DNA of 64,000 nucleotides from positions 13,514 to 77,513 of the forward strand of contig MHHG01000057.1 of the NCBI GenBank assembly GCA_001805965.1, in the 5' to 3' direction. The stretch is from Omnitrophica WOR_2 bacterium RIFOXYA2_FULL_38_17. Its GTDB lineage: Bacteria > Omnitrophota > Gorgyraeia > Zapsychrales > Zapsychraceae. The notes under the pieces were generated by a model, which was not told where the DNA came from, made no database searches, and saw only the letters and a program-made list of their open reading frames with translations. Each line of letters starts with the position of its first letter. The stretch's first letter is position 1. This document shows, piece by piece, positions 21,182 through 31,630 of this stretch. The translations under genes and the position numbers were made by a program.

Positions 21182-21970
21182 CTAATTCTTTACTGTTATT
21201 AGAACAAAAATAATTATGCTCAATAAAAGGCTAAAACCTACATGAAACCATTTTATCTCGAATGCCTTCATTCTCATCTTCACAAAATATTTTTGTCCAT
21301 AATGCACAATACTAACACCTAAGAGCAATGTTATAAGGATCAATATTATAAGATCAGAATAGTACATTAATTTTTCCTTCTGAACAAGTGCAGTATTTGC
21401 CAGGATTATTATCGAATAAATAATGACAGGCCCTAAAATAACCGCACATTTCTTCTTCAAGGAACAACTATCGTCTAACCCAAAATATGGCAGGCAATAA
21501 ACAAACAGTATCAAACTAATATAAAGAAAAACACCACCTGCGAGAAACGTAACATATATTGGTACGCCCAAAGAGTTTATTTTTATAACATCCCCTAAAT
21601 TAAAAATAAACGGGCTGACAAAAAGCATTATTGAATTAACGCCTGTTGAAACAAAGCCGATCAGAATAAAAGGAGTTGCCCACGCGCTTCTAAAAAAACG
21701 CAATATAGATAAAACTATTATTATGCCTATTGCTAATCCAAATATTATTCCGCCGCCTGAAATAAGTATTTTATGAAATGTGATGATCGGGGCTGTTACG
21801 TTATAAAGGACTGATCCACCAGACAAAGGGTTAAAATTTATTTTAGGAAAAGACCCGGTGATAAAATACACGAAGATAGAATGTCCGAATTCATGAAGGA
21901 ACAGGGATATGGAAAAGGCAAACACAGAACTACAAAAGAAAAAAATAACTAGTTTTATAAGTCCAGCCAC
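21182..21970 (-). CDS. polytopic membrane protein with HExxH in TM1 (M50/site-2-protease-like?)
   Basis: LHEFGHSIF sits in the first TM helix, as in S2P/M50 enzymes. No clear LDG motif. Confidence 0.3.
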   Translation of the reverse strand: MAGLIKLVIFFFCSSVFAFSISLFLHEFGHSIFVYFITGSFPKINFNPLSGGSVLYNVTAPIITFHKILISGGGIIFGLAIGIIIVLSILRFFRSAWATPFILIGFVSTGVNSIMLFVSPFIFNLGDVIKINSLGVPIYVTFLAGGVFLYISLILFVYCLPYFGLDDSCSLKKKCAVILGPVIIYSIIILANTALVQKEKLMYYSDLIILILITLLLGVSIVHYGQKYFVKMRMKAFEIKWFHVGFSLLLSIIIFVLITVKN

Positions 21971-22055
21971 AAATTCACCTTCCAGAAAAAGAAAAACAGC
22001 TTAATGATAATTTATCCATATTATCATATTAAAAAGCATATCTGTCACTGTTTAT

Positions 22056-22092
22056 TCCCAAAAAAGGGGCACGCACATAATGCATGCCCCTT
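22056..22092 (-). terminator. intrinsic terminator downstream of the Spy-like gene
   Basis: GGGGCAUGCAUUAUGUGCGUGCCCC followed by UUUUUUGG on the minus strand. Confidence 0.5.
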
Positions 22093-22116
22093 AAACTTCT
22101 TTAAAAAGGCTATACC

Positions 22117-22668
22117 TTATTTGGACATATGCCCTTTCTTCATTCCTTTTTTCATTTCTTTCATTTTTTCTTTTTGTTCTTCTGTCAATATTTCTTTTAA
22201 TGACATACAAGCATCAACGACCCTTTTTGCCTTTTCTTTTTTGACTTCATATTTTTTATCAATAAGCTCCTTCATTTTATCGCCATGAGTCTCATCATCG
22301 TACATCAAAGCCATCATATCCACCATTACAATATCAAGTTCAGCTTCTTTCATTATCAGGTCTTTTTTTAAAGCGGTCTTCACCTCTTTTATTTTTCCTA
22401 ACTGCTCTTCTGTTACTCCAAGCTCTTCCTGATCAGAATAGATCATTTTTACTCTTTTAAAGAACATATCCTCCATTGACATCTCATTACTTTCATCCAT
22501 CATCATCTTTGGCATACCTTCGGCTCGATGCATCATATTTGACATCCCTTTACCCTCATGCATCATTTTTGACATTCCTTGACCCGGCTCAGCAAATACC
22601 ATAGAAGTCATCGCTCCAAGCACTAACAACGCGCCGATCAATAACATTAAGTTTCTTTTCATTTCCAT
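22117..22668 (-). CDS. periplasmic Spy/CpxP/ZraP-family protein with Met/His-rich N-terminal repeats
   Basis: Signal peptide. Repeats of the type GMSKMMHEG / GMSNMMHRAEGMPKMMMD. Two LTxxQ-type motifs (VTEEQLGKIKE; LTEEQKEKMKE). Confidence 0.55.
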   Translation of the reverse strand: MEMKRNLMLLIGALLVLGAMTSMVFAEPGQGMSKMMHEGKGMSNMMHRAEGMPKMMMDESNEMSMEDMFFKRVKMIYSDQEELGVTEEQLGKIKEVKTALKKDLIMKEAELDIVMVDMMALMYDDETHGDKMKELIDKKYEVKKEKAKRVVDACMSLKEILTEEQKEKMKEMKKGMKKGHMSK

Positions 22669-22703
22669 TCTCCTTTCGCTTCAGTTTTAGATTTACAAAA
22701 TTT

Positions 22704-23075
22704 TTAATTCAGTAATCTTTCAACGCTGTGAAGAATATTGTTCGTATCAAAAGGTTTGCTCATAAAGAGATCAGCCCCCACTTCATCTGCTATGGTTCTT
22801 TCTACATCTTCATTTCTAGATGTTAAAATAATTATGGGTATGTTCTTGAATTTTTCATCCAGTTTTAGTTCGTTGCAAATATGATATCCATTGAATCCAG
22901 GCATAAAAACATCAAGGATTATCAGATCCGGATCAATAGATTTTGCAGTTTCCAATCCAACAAGACCCTCCTCTTCAGAAAAGACTTCATAACCAGCATC
23001 AGACAATAATTTTGTAAGCAGAGCCCGTGTTCCCCTGTCATCATCAATTATAAGAATTTTCTTATTCACTGGCAA
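22704..23075 (-). CDS. stand-alone response regulator receiver domain (paralog of 329..694)
   Basis: 123 aa receiver-only protein. Shares KNIPII(L/I)LTSR(D/N)ED with the first receiver. Confidence 0.8.
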   Translation of the reverse strand: MPVNKKILIIDDDRGTRALLTKLLSDAGYEVFSEEEGLVGLETAKSIDPDLIILDVFMPGFNGYHICNELKLDEKFKNIPIIILTSRNEDVERTIADEVGADLFMSKPFDTNNILHSVERLLN

Positions 23076-23188
23076 CCACCCCTCTGATCTTTTGAGTTCT
23101 TTAGCTAAATCAATTTTACCACTACTTAAAAAAAAGGTGTCGTTTCTTATATTTCAGAAAAGACACCTTTTTTTCTATTTTAGCAAAA

Positions 23189-23680
23189 TCATTTTACTCC
23201 TATAACTTTAACCTCAAAAGTTAATTCTTTTCCTGCTAAAGGATGATTGAAATCAATAACCAGCGCATTCTCTTTTATCTCTTTAATCATTCCCACCATT
23301 GGCTGTCCTGTGCTTGTTTCCATTTGCAGGACCATTCCAACTTCAGGGGTTTCTTCAGAAGCTAATTTATCTTTTTGTATCTCAACAACAGCTTCCGGAT
23401 TGATCACTCCATAAGCTTCGCTTGCAGGCACAACTACTGTTTTTTCTGCGCCTGGCTCTAATCCCTCAAGCGCGTTTTCAAGTCCAGGAATTATCATCTT
23501 GCTTCCTTGTGTATATACTAACGGCTCTTTTCCAACAGAACTGTCTACTACTTCATTATCAACTTTTAAAGTATAATCTATCGTCACTTCTTTACCGGCT
23601 GATATCATTTGCGCTTCCCCTTTTGTCTGCAAAAAACAAAATGTCATCATTAATGCAGCGATAAAAATTATTTTTTTCAT
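23189..23680 (-). CDS. FKBP-type peptidyl-prolyl cis-trans isomerase (secreted)
   Basis: Signal peptide plus FKBP core (VTIDYTLKVDNEVVDSS…PLVYTQGSKMIIPGLENAL). Confidence 0.75.
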   Translation of the reverse strand: MKKIIFIAALMMTFCFLQTKGEAQMISAGKEVTIDYTLKVDNEVVDSSVGKEPLVYTQGSKMIIPGLENALEGLEPGAEKTVVVPASEAYGVINPEAVVEIQKDKLASEETPEVGMVLQMETSTGQPMVGMIKEIKENALVIDFNHPLAGKELTFEVKVIGVK

Positions 23681-24088
23681 TTTGGCTCCTGATTAAGTTT
23701 ATTTATCCTACCTAAAAAGCATAATTGTATATGTTACTGCTATCAAATCGCATTTACTGAACCTTCGAATGCCAATTTGGAAAATAATGTGGAATTAAAA
23801 ATATGCTTATATCAAAAAATAAAAGCGTTTGAACTGAACTGCAAATGACAGATCAGCTTTTTCAATCCCAAAAAGTAATCAATTATTGCACAAATAAATA
23901 ATTTGTCAAACAATAGGTAAACAGATAATCGCATATAATGAAAAGTTTTATATGGTTAATATTGTGCTAACATACAGAAGCTTTCCACAAAAGTATTTAT
24001 TGTCGATTGTAAGGTAGCTGTGTTAATGTATTACGTTGCAGGCCTTGAAAAGATCATTATTATTAACATTTTAAAGAAAAGATAAAAA

Positions 24089-25414
24089 ATGTCGCTATTA
24101 AACAAATTAATCAACTTCTTAAAAATTGATGTCTGGCGTATCCGCACAAAAAACATATCAAAATTAAGGTCTTTTTGGATAACACAGTTAAGGATAATAC
24201 TTCTTTCGATCAGAGGTTTTGCTGAAGACAAATGTCAGCTGCGGGCCTCCGCGTTAACATTTTACTCTTTGCTATCGATAGTTCCAGTAGTTGCAATGGC
24301 TTTTGGCATTGCAAAAGGTTTTGGCTTTGAACAGATACTGGAAAAACAACTTATGACCAGGTTTCCAGGACAGGAAAGCGTTGTTGCCCAAATAATCGGT
24401 TTTGCTAATTCGATGCTAGAGAATACGAAAGGCGGGGTTATAGCAGGAATCGGTATAGCCATTCTATTCTGGACTGTTATTAAGGTTTTAGGCAATATCG
24501 AAAACTCATTTAATGATATCTGGGGCATAAAAAAGTCTCGCAGCCTTGGAAGAAAATTCAGCGATTATTTATCTATAATGCTTATCTGTCCGATACTTCT
24601 TATTATGTCCAGCAGCATGACTGTATTGATCACCAGCCAGGTCAAGCTTGTCTTATCAAAGATCTCATTGCTGGGGACATTAAGCCCGATAATATTGATA
24701 CTTCTTCAAATAATGCCTTATTGCGTAATATGGGTTTTATTCACGTTCATTTATATTTTTATGCCAAATACAAAAGTAAATCTTAAATCGGGATTATTTG
24801 GTGGCATTATTGCAGGAACGATTTATCAGGTCGTCCAGTGGGCATATATCACTTTTCAGGTTGGAGTAACAAAATATGGAGCGATATATGGGAGCTTTGC
24901 AGCTCTCCCTTTATTTCTTGTCTGGCTACAGATAAGCTGGCTCATTGTTTTGTTCGGGGCAGAAATCTCTTTTGCCGAGCAAAATGTTGAAACATATGAA
25001 TTTGAACCGGATTGCCTTAAAGCAAGCCATTCTTATAAGCGTTTATTGACCCTTAGAATCACCCAGCTTTGTATAAAATATTTTGTTGAAGGGAAAGAAC
25101 CATTAAATGCAAAAGACTTTTCTAATATTCTTGAGATACCTATACGATTAGTCAGAGACCTCCTCTATGATTTATCTGAGTCAGGGGTTCTAATTGAAGT
25201 AAAAACAAGTGAAAACAAGTCTTCTGCATATCACCCAGCTATCTATCTGGATCAATTAACAATAAAAAATGTCTTGAATATGCTGGATGAAAGAGGCATA
25301 AATAATATTCCTGTAGCTGAATCAAAAGAACTTGAAGTCTTGAAGCATTCTTTAAATACTTTTGATGAACAAAATAAAAGCTCTAAAGAAAATTGGATTC
25401 TGAAAGATATTTAG
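24089..25414 (+). CDS. YihY/BrkB (formerly RNase BN) family membrane protein with C-terminal cytoplasmic extension
   Basis: The N-terminal ~290 aa match the YihY family (LRASALTFYSLLSIVP…). A C-terminal extension of about 130 aa follows. Only plus-strand gene in this part of the window. Confidence 0.7.
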   Translation: MSLLNKLINFLKIDVWRIRTKNISKLRSFWITQLRIILLSIRGFAEDKCQLRASALTFYSLLSIVPVVAMAFGIAKGFGFEQILEKQLMTRFPGQESVVAQIIGFANSMLENTKGGVIAGIGIAILFWTVIKVLGNIENSFNDIWGIKKSRSLGRKFSDYLSIMLICPILLIMSSSMTVLITSQVKLVLSKISLLGTLSPIILILLQIMPYCVIWVLFTFIYIFMPNTKVNLKSGLFGGIIAGTIYQVVQWAYITFQVGVTKYGAIYGSFAALPLFLVWLQISWLIVLFGAEISFAEQNVETYEFEPDCLKASHSYKRLLTLRITQLCIKYFVEGKEPLNAKDFSNILEIPIRLVRDLLYDLSESGVLIEVKTSENKSSAYHPAIYLDQLTIKNVLNMLDERGINNIPVAESKELEVLKHSLNTFDEQNKSSKENWILKDI

Positions 25415-25484
25415 TATTATCTAAAAATATTAACCAGGGGAAATCCTTTATGAACTGTTGGCAATTCTTGAAATCCTCAAACTT

Positions 25485-26090
25485 CTACCAATCTCTTAAC
25501 TCGTAATCCTCAGCATCGTATTTTCCATTATCGTTGAGATCAAAATGCATCCCGTTCTGGTCTTTTAGGTGCTTGATCTCATGTTTAGGGGCATCTATTT
25601 TTTGCATTACTTCGATCTGATGTTTTATACATTCCAGCTCCACCTTTTGCCCTGTCCAAATATCATCAGGAACAGGAGTAGAGTGCTGATCTTTATAATC
25701 ATTGTACAGCTTAGAGTGAATGGAATCATGTGCAATAGAACCCGCGCACCACGTAACAGAATAGAAAGCCGTTCGATCAGCAATTTCATAGGTCGGCGGA
25801 GAAGTATACGCATTCATGCCGCTTTTTTCCGATTGTTTGATCACTCCAATATATTCTAAGACAATTTCGTATGCCTCCGGCGCTTTTTCTTCAAGCAGCA
25901 AGAGAGCCTCGTTGATCTGATTCTCAAATTCCCGAGTCCCTAAAACTGAAATGCCTCCGTTAGCCTTAAGATTGCCCGATTTAGCTTGCACATTGCATGA
26001 TAAAAAGACAAAAGAACAGAAGCTAAGAACAACTATCTTGAGAAAAAAACAAAACAGCCTTATTTTTTTTATATTCATCTTTACTTTCAA
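25485..26090 (-). CDS. secreted hypothetical protein
   Basis: N-terminal signal/TM. No motifs recognised. Confidence 0.35.
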   Translation of the reverse strand: MKVKMNIKKIRLFCFFLKIVVLSFCSFVFLSCNVQAKSGNLKANGGISVLGTREFENQINEALLLLEEKAPEAYEIVLEYIGVIKQSEKSGMNAYTSPPTYEIADRTAFYSVTWCAGSIAHDSIHSKLYNDYKDQHSTPVPDDIWTGQKVELECIKHQIEVMQKIDAPKHEIKHLKDQNGMHFDLNDNGKYDAEDYELRDW

Positions 26091-26145
26091 TAATAAGCTC
26101 TGGCATCAATTAAGTTTGAAAATCAATCCAATGAATTCAACAATA

Positions 26146-27303
26146 TCATTCCAAATAAGCTCTAGCTTCGTTTAATTTATCGTAGAGCTTCGGCAGCCAG
26201 GCCTCACCCCAGAACAGATAACAGCTGGTTTCTGCATCAAGAATAGCCTGTCGAGCTTTAGCTAATTTTTCCATTTTTTCTTTTGTCAATTTACCCTTAA
26301 CAAGCTGCCAATATCTTCCACTAACCTGACACAATTCTTCAATAGCTTTCTTTTGAGACCCAGATCCATTCCATTGCGCAAAATCATAACCGCTAGTAGT
26401 TGCCACATTCCATGCACCTGTGTTAACATTCGCTATCATCTTTGGTGGATGCGATTTTATATAATCAGAGAACTTAATCGTTTTAACTTTTGCTTCTTTA
26501 GATTTTATCTGTTCCAAAAGCGGCGCCCAAAAATACCCAAAGAAACCCGCATTATCATCGATCTGTCTAAACCACCCCCCATTCTCACCATCTGACCAGG
26601 TTGTTAAAAGAGGGTCTTTCGCAACTGAATATTTTTCTAACTGATTTTGGCTCTCCTTTAAGAACCATTCAGGGTTCAAGCCACTTTCCTGAGCGTTTGA
26701 CATATCCCGATGCCTTGGAATTATCGTTATTTGAACCCCGTCATATTCAGATGTGTACAGCTGGAAGGGATCAAGCGGCTTGCCGTCTTTTGGCTTAACA
26801 TGAACATGATCAACAACAACATATTCATAACCGGCTTTGATCAGCTCAGGTATCATCTCCATACAAAATGCCATTTCAGACGGCCAAAATCCTTTTGGAG
26901 CAATGCCGAAAGCCTTCTTAAATATTTCCTGCCCTTTATCCAGCTGCTCGGGCCAATCTTCTTTCGGTATAAGTGGAAATATAGGGTGATAATACCCCAT
27001 CCCGATGATCTCTATATTTTTTGCACGTCGATAATCTTCAAGCATCTTAGGAATATCCACGTAACAGCGGTACTTGTCAATTATATACGGATCCAAAAAC
27101 TGCTCGATCAGGACCCCGGAAAAATCGACATGAAACTCACCTTGGGGATATTTAAGTGCATATCGCACTGCCCGCTCATAACATTTCATTATCTGCTGAG
27201 CTTCCCAGTCATTGTGTTCGATAAGAAGCTTTAAATTATGCGGAGGCTGATGCATATGAAGCCCCATCGCATAAAAGAAATGAGAACTATTTTTTTTTGT
27301 CAT
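26146..27303 (-). CDS. glycoside hydrolase family 57-like protein
   Basis: N-terminal GLHMHQP (the GH57 HxHQP signature) and FWPSEMAF (WxxE-A catalytic-nucleophile region). Confidence 0.55.
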   Translation of the reverse strand: MTKKNSSHFFYAMGLHMHQPPHNLKLLIEHNDWEAQQIMKCYERAVRYALKYPQGEFHVDFSGVLIEQFLDPYIIDKYRCYVDIPKMLEDYRRAKNIEIIGMGYYHPIFPLIPKEDWPEQLDKGQEIFKKAFGIAPKGFWPSEMAFCMEMIPELIKAGYEYVVVDHVHVKPKDGKPLDPFQLYTSEYDGVQITIIPRHRDMSNAQESGLNPEWFLKESQNQLEKYSVAKDPLLTTWSDGENGGWFRQIDDNAGFFGYFWAPLLEQIKSKEAKVKTIKFSDYIKSHPPKMIANVNTGAWNVATTSGYDFAQWNGSGSQKKAIEELCQVSGRYWQLVKGKLTKEKMEKLAKARQAILDAETSCYLFWGEAWLPKLYDKLNEARAYLE

Positions 27304-27350
27304 AAATCCCTCCTTGATAAATTAGGCTTATATTTCCAGAACCAATACCT

Positions 27351-28628
27351 TCACTTCAGGTCAATACCTTTGTTTTTGCTATTGGCCCATAAATCCTTGT
27401 AAACAAGATACGATTTTCTCAATTGGCGCATATAAGGGCTTTTAGAGCCCTCACCCTGACTTGTGATCCCATACCACTCCGCACCTGAAACGGTCATGAA
27501 AGCTCCCGTATCATGTATCGATGGCGTTCCTCCAAGATACCATTGATCACACCATGAAAAAATAACACCACCTATGCTGTTCCCTACGCCATTCTTGCCA
27601 AAACGATTGTCCTCAATATCTTTCCAGGAATCCATATGATATCTTGCCTGAGCCCCATCATCATAAAAATGTTTCACTTTAGCCTGAAATCCATATTCAG
27701 TCAAAAATACAGGCCGATCAAAAGTTTCCTTAACTGTTTTCCATATCTCTTTAAAACCCCAACGATAACTATTCAAACCAAAAATATCAACAGCCGGGCA
27801 CAGCTTTGAAATCTCCGCCAAATTCACAAGGTCCAAATTACAAATAGCAACTGGATGATTTGGATCAATCTCATGTATAAGCTCAGCAGCTTCATTGACC
27901 AAAGTTAAAAATGCTTCAACCTGATTTTCGGCATTATCATGATCATAAGGATTAAAGTTCTCGTTTCCTAAAAGCCACATCAGCGTGTAAGGCTCATCCT
28001 TATGTTCTTCTACCATAACTCTCACGTTCATCAAAAGATCTTTTCTTTGCTGAGGGTTAGAATAATCTGTCCCATTTTCCCATTTAATATCAGATCCAAT
28101 TCCCCATTCACCAAAAAAATGACCGATAATGGTCATAATACCAAAACGCTTCTCAAGATCGCGGAATATTTCTTTATTTGGCGGATGCACAAAGGTAAGC
28201 TTTGATCCCGGATAAACATAAAGATCATTTATCCTCAGATCATTGCTCGGCATTTGATAAATACGGATAGTGTTAGCTCCCATGTCCTTCAAAAGCTGCC
28301 AGTCACCAACAGCCATCTCATCCGGATCTTGAATATCATTCGCATTTACATCAACCCAGGAATCATAAGCAAGATCATTCTTACCATTTTGATCCAGGTC
28401 AAGAATGCTCCAATCCCTCAATGTCTGCTCATCAGGACTATCCCCGACGACAGCAAAGTTATAAACAACCCCTTTTATAAAAAAAGGCACCCCATCAACT
28501 TTTAGCTCCCATTCTCCCTGCGCGTGCCGGACAGTTTCAACCTTTTTAGGCAAAGCATGACATACACTCACACTACTAATACAAAAGAATAAACAGCTCA
28601 AAAGTAACCCCATTCTTATACTTTTCAT
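27351..28628 (-). CDS. secreted clan GH-A glycoside hydrolase (GH5-like TIM barrel)
   Basis: Signal peptide. LLGNENFNP (acid/base NE) and FLTEYGF (nucleophile TE). Has an Asp-rich insert. Confidence 0.45.
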   Translation of the reverse strand: MKSIRMGLLLSCLFFCISSVSVCHALPKKVETVRHAQGEWELKVDGVPFFIKGVVYNFAVVGDSPDEQTLRDWSILDLDQNGKNDLAYDSWVDVNANDIQDPDEMAVGDWQLLKDMGANTIRIYQMPSNDLRINDLYVYPGSKLTFVHPPNKEIFRDLEKRFGIMTIIGHFFGEWGIGSDIKWENGTDYSNPQQRKDLLMNVRVMVEEHKDEPYTLMWLLGNENFNPYDHDNAENQVEAFLTLVNEAAELIHEIDPNHPVAICNLDLVNLAEISKLCPAVDIFGLNSYRWGFKEIWKTVKETFDRPVFLTEYGFQAKVKHFYDDGAQARYHMDSWKDIEDNRFGKNGVGNSIGGVIFSWCDQWYLGGTPSIHDTGAFMTVSGAEWYGITSQGEGSKSPYMRQLRKSYLVYKDLWANSKNKGIDLK

Positions 28629-29044
28629 TTTTTCCTTTCATAGAATTGTGAAAATTTTTTAGCTTATATTAGGATCAATCACAATTCTTAATAAAAACTT
28701 GTTGTTAAAGGATTTGAATAAATAGAGTTTAATTATCTGTTTTTATTATATTAACTTCTAAGTAATGTATTATTGCTTCAGCTACAAACTTATTGCCAAT
28801 AGGCGACCAATGTCCCGCAGTAAGAGGGTTTTCTGTGTTGCCCTTCTTTTTCCAATAATCTAGATCGCTAAATTTTTCCAGACCAAATCCACATCATATT
28901 CATTTGACCCTACTTCTCTTCCATCCTGATCAACTTGAAGAAATTGAATTTCTTTATACATGTTAATAATACGAAATAACCCTTCTAAGAAAAGCAAAGC
29001 TATAATCATAGTAATAGATACAACAATAACAGGGAATATCTTTT

Positions 29045-30190
29045 TCACCTTACAATCCTAACTTTTCCAACAACCTGCTTCATAAAAAACACAGAGGACA
29101 GGGACATCATGCTAAGCACAGCACCTGCAATGAAAGGTATACGATAATTGATCAACCACAACAATCCCCCAACAGCCGGAAGAATGACTGCAGCAAGATG
29201 ATTTATTGTAAAACTAACAGCCGTGCTTGGCGCAAAATCTTTTGGGTCAGCTATTTTCTGAAAATACGTCCTTATAGCAATGGCAAAATTAAAAAATATA
29301 TGATCAATGACGTATAATCCTGCAATGAGAATGCGCGATTCAACAAAAGCATAACTAATAAATATAACTATCAAGCTGCTGTATTCAAGCATCAAAATCC
29401 GCTTTTCCCCAAAGCGTACAATTGCCTTGCCTATAAGAGGCGCAAAAAAGTAATTGATAATATTATTCACTACAAACAGAAGAGTTATTTGCTGTACCGA
29501 GAAATGGAATTTCTTGACTAGCAAGAAAACTGAAAACACAACAAAGATCTGCCTTCGCGCACCGGACAACAATGTCAGCAGATAGAAAAGAAAATACTTT
29601 CGCTTAAATATCATTTTTTTGTGCTGTTTCGGTTTGCCCTTATCAACAGGGTCTTGTGTAAAAGCCCATGCCCCTGCAATAACCACTAAAAATCCAATAA
29701 CAAAAAATAATACCTTAAAGCTCAGGTAGGGAAACAATAAATAAATAAAAACTCCTATACCTATACTCGCGGCTGAAGACAGGCTTCGTTGTAATCCTAA
29801 AAATATTGGCGATTCATGCTCATCAAAATACTGAAGCGTCAAAGATTGATTAGTCGTCTCATAATAATGAAATCCCAAGCTCATAACTAATGTTGTCAGC
29901 ATCAATCCGGAATATGTAGGAAAAATTCCGGTAAGCATCACCCCTGCCCCAAGTATCATTATAGAAACTGATGATAAGCTATGCTCCTTTATAAAATGCA
30001 AGAAAAATATAACTAACAACGCCAAGAATCCTGGTATTTCTCGAACAGACTGTATCATTCCAACATGAAAACCACTGATTCCGGCAATATCAACAGCAAA
30101 ATTATTAAATAATGTACGCCAGCCCTGCAACCCAACAGCCGCTGCAACAGTAAGAACGATCAAATAGCGATACATAGGACGCTTTTTCAA
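29045..30190 (-). CDS. MFS-type transporter
   Basis: About 12 TM helices, with the 6+6 organisation typical of the major facilitator superfamily. Confidence 0.55.
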   Translation of the reverse strand: MKKRPMYRYLIVLTVAAAVGLQGWRTLFNNFAVDIAGISGFHVGMIQSVREIPGFLALLVIFFLHFIKEHSLSSVSIMILGAGVMLTGIFPTYSGLMLTTLVMSLGFHYYETTNQSLTLQYFDEHESPIFLGLQRSLSSAASIGIGVFIYLLFPYLSFKVLFFVIGFLVVIAGAWAFTQDPVDKGKPKQHKKMIFKRKYFLFYLLTLLSGARRQIFVVFSVFLLVKKFHFSVQQITLLFVVNNIINYFFAPLIGKAIVRFGEKRILMLEYSSLIVIFISYAFVESRILIAGLYVIDHIFFNFAIAIRTYFQKIADPKDFAPSTAVSFTINHLAAVILPAVGGLLWLINYRIPFIAGAVLSMMSLSSVFFMKQVVGKVRIVR

Positions 30191-30232
30191 ATATTAATTA
30201 CCTATTCTCTTTTGAGGTATTTTTACGACTTA

Positions 30233-31630
30233 TCAAAATTTTATATTTATTATTCCAGCAGAAACCAGAGCTTTGATAGTAATGATAATACCAATCAAGA
30301 TAATAAAACCAGCACTAAAAAGAGGCAAAATTTCTACAAATTTATTTTGGGCATTTGAACCCAACAAGAATTTATGTGACCTTATTACTAATATCCCTAT
30401 TAAGATCAAGACGATTGCCAAACCAAGACTAAAAGCCAATATCAAAGACAGGCCAAATACTATCCTATTCATTGAAATAGCTGCCATAAGCACAACTAAA
30501 GCTGCAGGACACGGGACCATTCCTCCGGATATACCTAACATAAAAAGGTTCGTTAATCTTAACTTTTCTTCAGGAATATGATAATGCTCTTTACCGTGCT
30601 CATGTTTATGATCATGATGGTGATGTCCCAAAGCATTCCTTCCTCCAGATATCGATCTCTTCATCATAAAAATACCAACAATTAAAATCATAAAACCTGA
30701 AATAAAATTAAACCACGGATACATCTGTTGCGGTAGAATAAATTCTGAAAGATACAATACCAATATTCCCATAAGAACAATACTTCCAACATGAGTAACT
30801 GTCACAACGCCACCTAATAAAATAGCTTCACGAATTGTGGCTCTTTCACCAACAAGATAAGCTGCTGCGATTGTCTTGCCATGGCCTGGGCTCAAAGCAT
30901 GAAATACGCCTATCCCTAATGCAATAAAAAGCGAAACTATAATAAACCATGGGCTGAGCTTTTCCTTTTTTAATATACCGGTCAATCCATTATCTTTAGT
31001 TATTGATTTATTTTGATCGACAATATGCTCTATTTTTGTTTCTTGTTGAACAACTGTCTCTGCTGGAATATCATTCTGATATGAAAATTCACATTTGAGA
31101 ATCCGATTATTCTGTTCAGAACTTAAAATCTTAGATATACCGCTATCTCGAATAAAAATATTCATTTCACCCAAAGCCACATCAGGAAAATTATTATCAT
31201 TTAAAACAATTGAGTGTTTACCCTTTGCAAGATCATTGATCAATATCACAAAGTTCAACCTTATCTGCATATGGTCACCAGGCAGTTCCTTCAATTCACC
31301 TATTTCGTAAACAATTTCCTTTTTTTTATTATCGATCTTAAATTCAAGCTTAGAAATTATATCTTTAGCAAAAGAAAATAAAAATAAATTTTTTTCTGCT
31401 GAATCAATAGATCCATTTTTATCTTTATCTGCTTTAATTAAATTAACTTTTGCTAATATACTTCCAAAAACCGAATCATATTTGATCATAACAGCCTGAT
31501 TTGCTACATTTATTTTTGTTGCCTGATAAACTTTATCCGGTTCATGCGCAAATCCCCTTCTTGAAGACAAGAACAATAAAGCACAAATCAAGAAGCTTAT
31601 TAATTTTATTCTGAAATTGTTATTTTTCAT
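30233..31630 (-). CDS. rcnA: RcnA/NicO-family Ni/Co efflux permease fused to a ~240-aa N-terminal periplasmic domain
   Basis: HALSPGHGKT, a His-rich loop (HHHHDHKHEHGKEHYH) and GISGGMVPCPAAL all match E. coli RcnA (HGLEPGHSKT / His-rich loop / LTGGLIPCPAAI). An N-terminal signal peptide and soluble domain precede the permease. Start trimmed to MKNNNF. Confidence 0.7.
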   Translation of the reverse strand: MKNNNFRIKLISFLICALLFLSSRRGFAHEPDKVYQATKINVANQAVMIKYDSVFGSILAKVNLIKADKDKNGSIDSAEKNLFLFSFAKDIISKLEFKIDNKKKEIVYEIGELKELPGDHMQIRLNFVILINDLAKGKHSIVLNDNNFPDVALGEMNIFIRDSGISKILSSEQNNRILKCEFSYQNDIPAETVVQQETKIEHIVDQNKSITKDNGLTGILKKEKLSPWFIIVSLFIALGIGVFHALSPGHGKTIAAAYLVGERATIREAILLGGVVTVTHVGSIVLMGILVLYLSEFILPQQMYPWFNFISGFMILIVGIFMMKRSISGGRNALGHHHHDHKHEHGKEHYHIPEEKLRLTNLFMLGISGGMVPCPAALVVLMAAISMNRIVFGLSLILAFSLGLAIVLILIGILVIRSHKFLLGSNAQNKFVEILPLFSAGFIILIGIIITIKALVSAGIINIKF

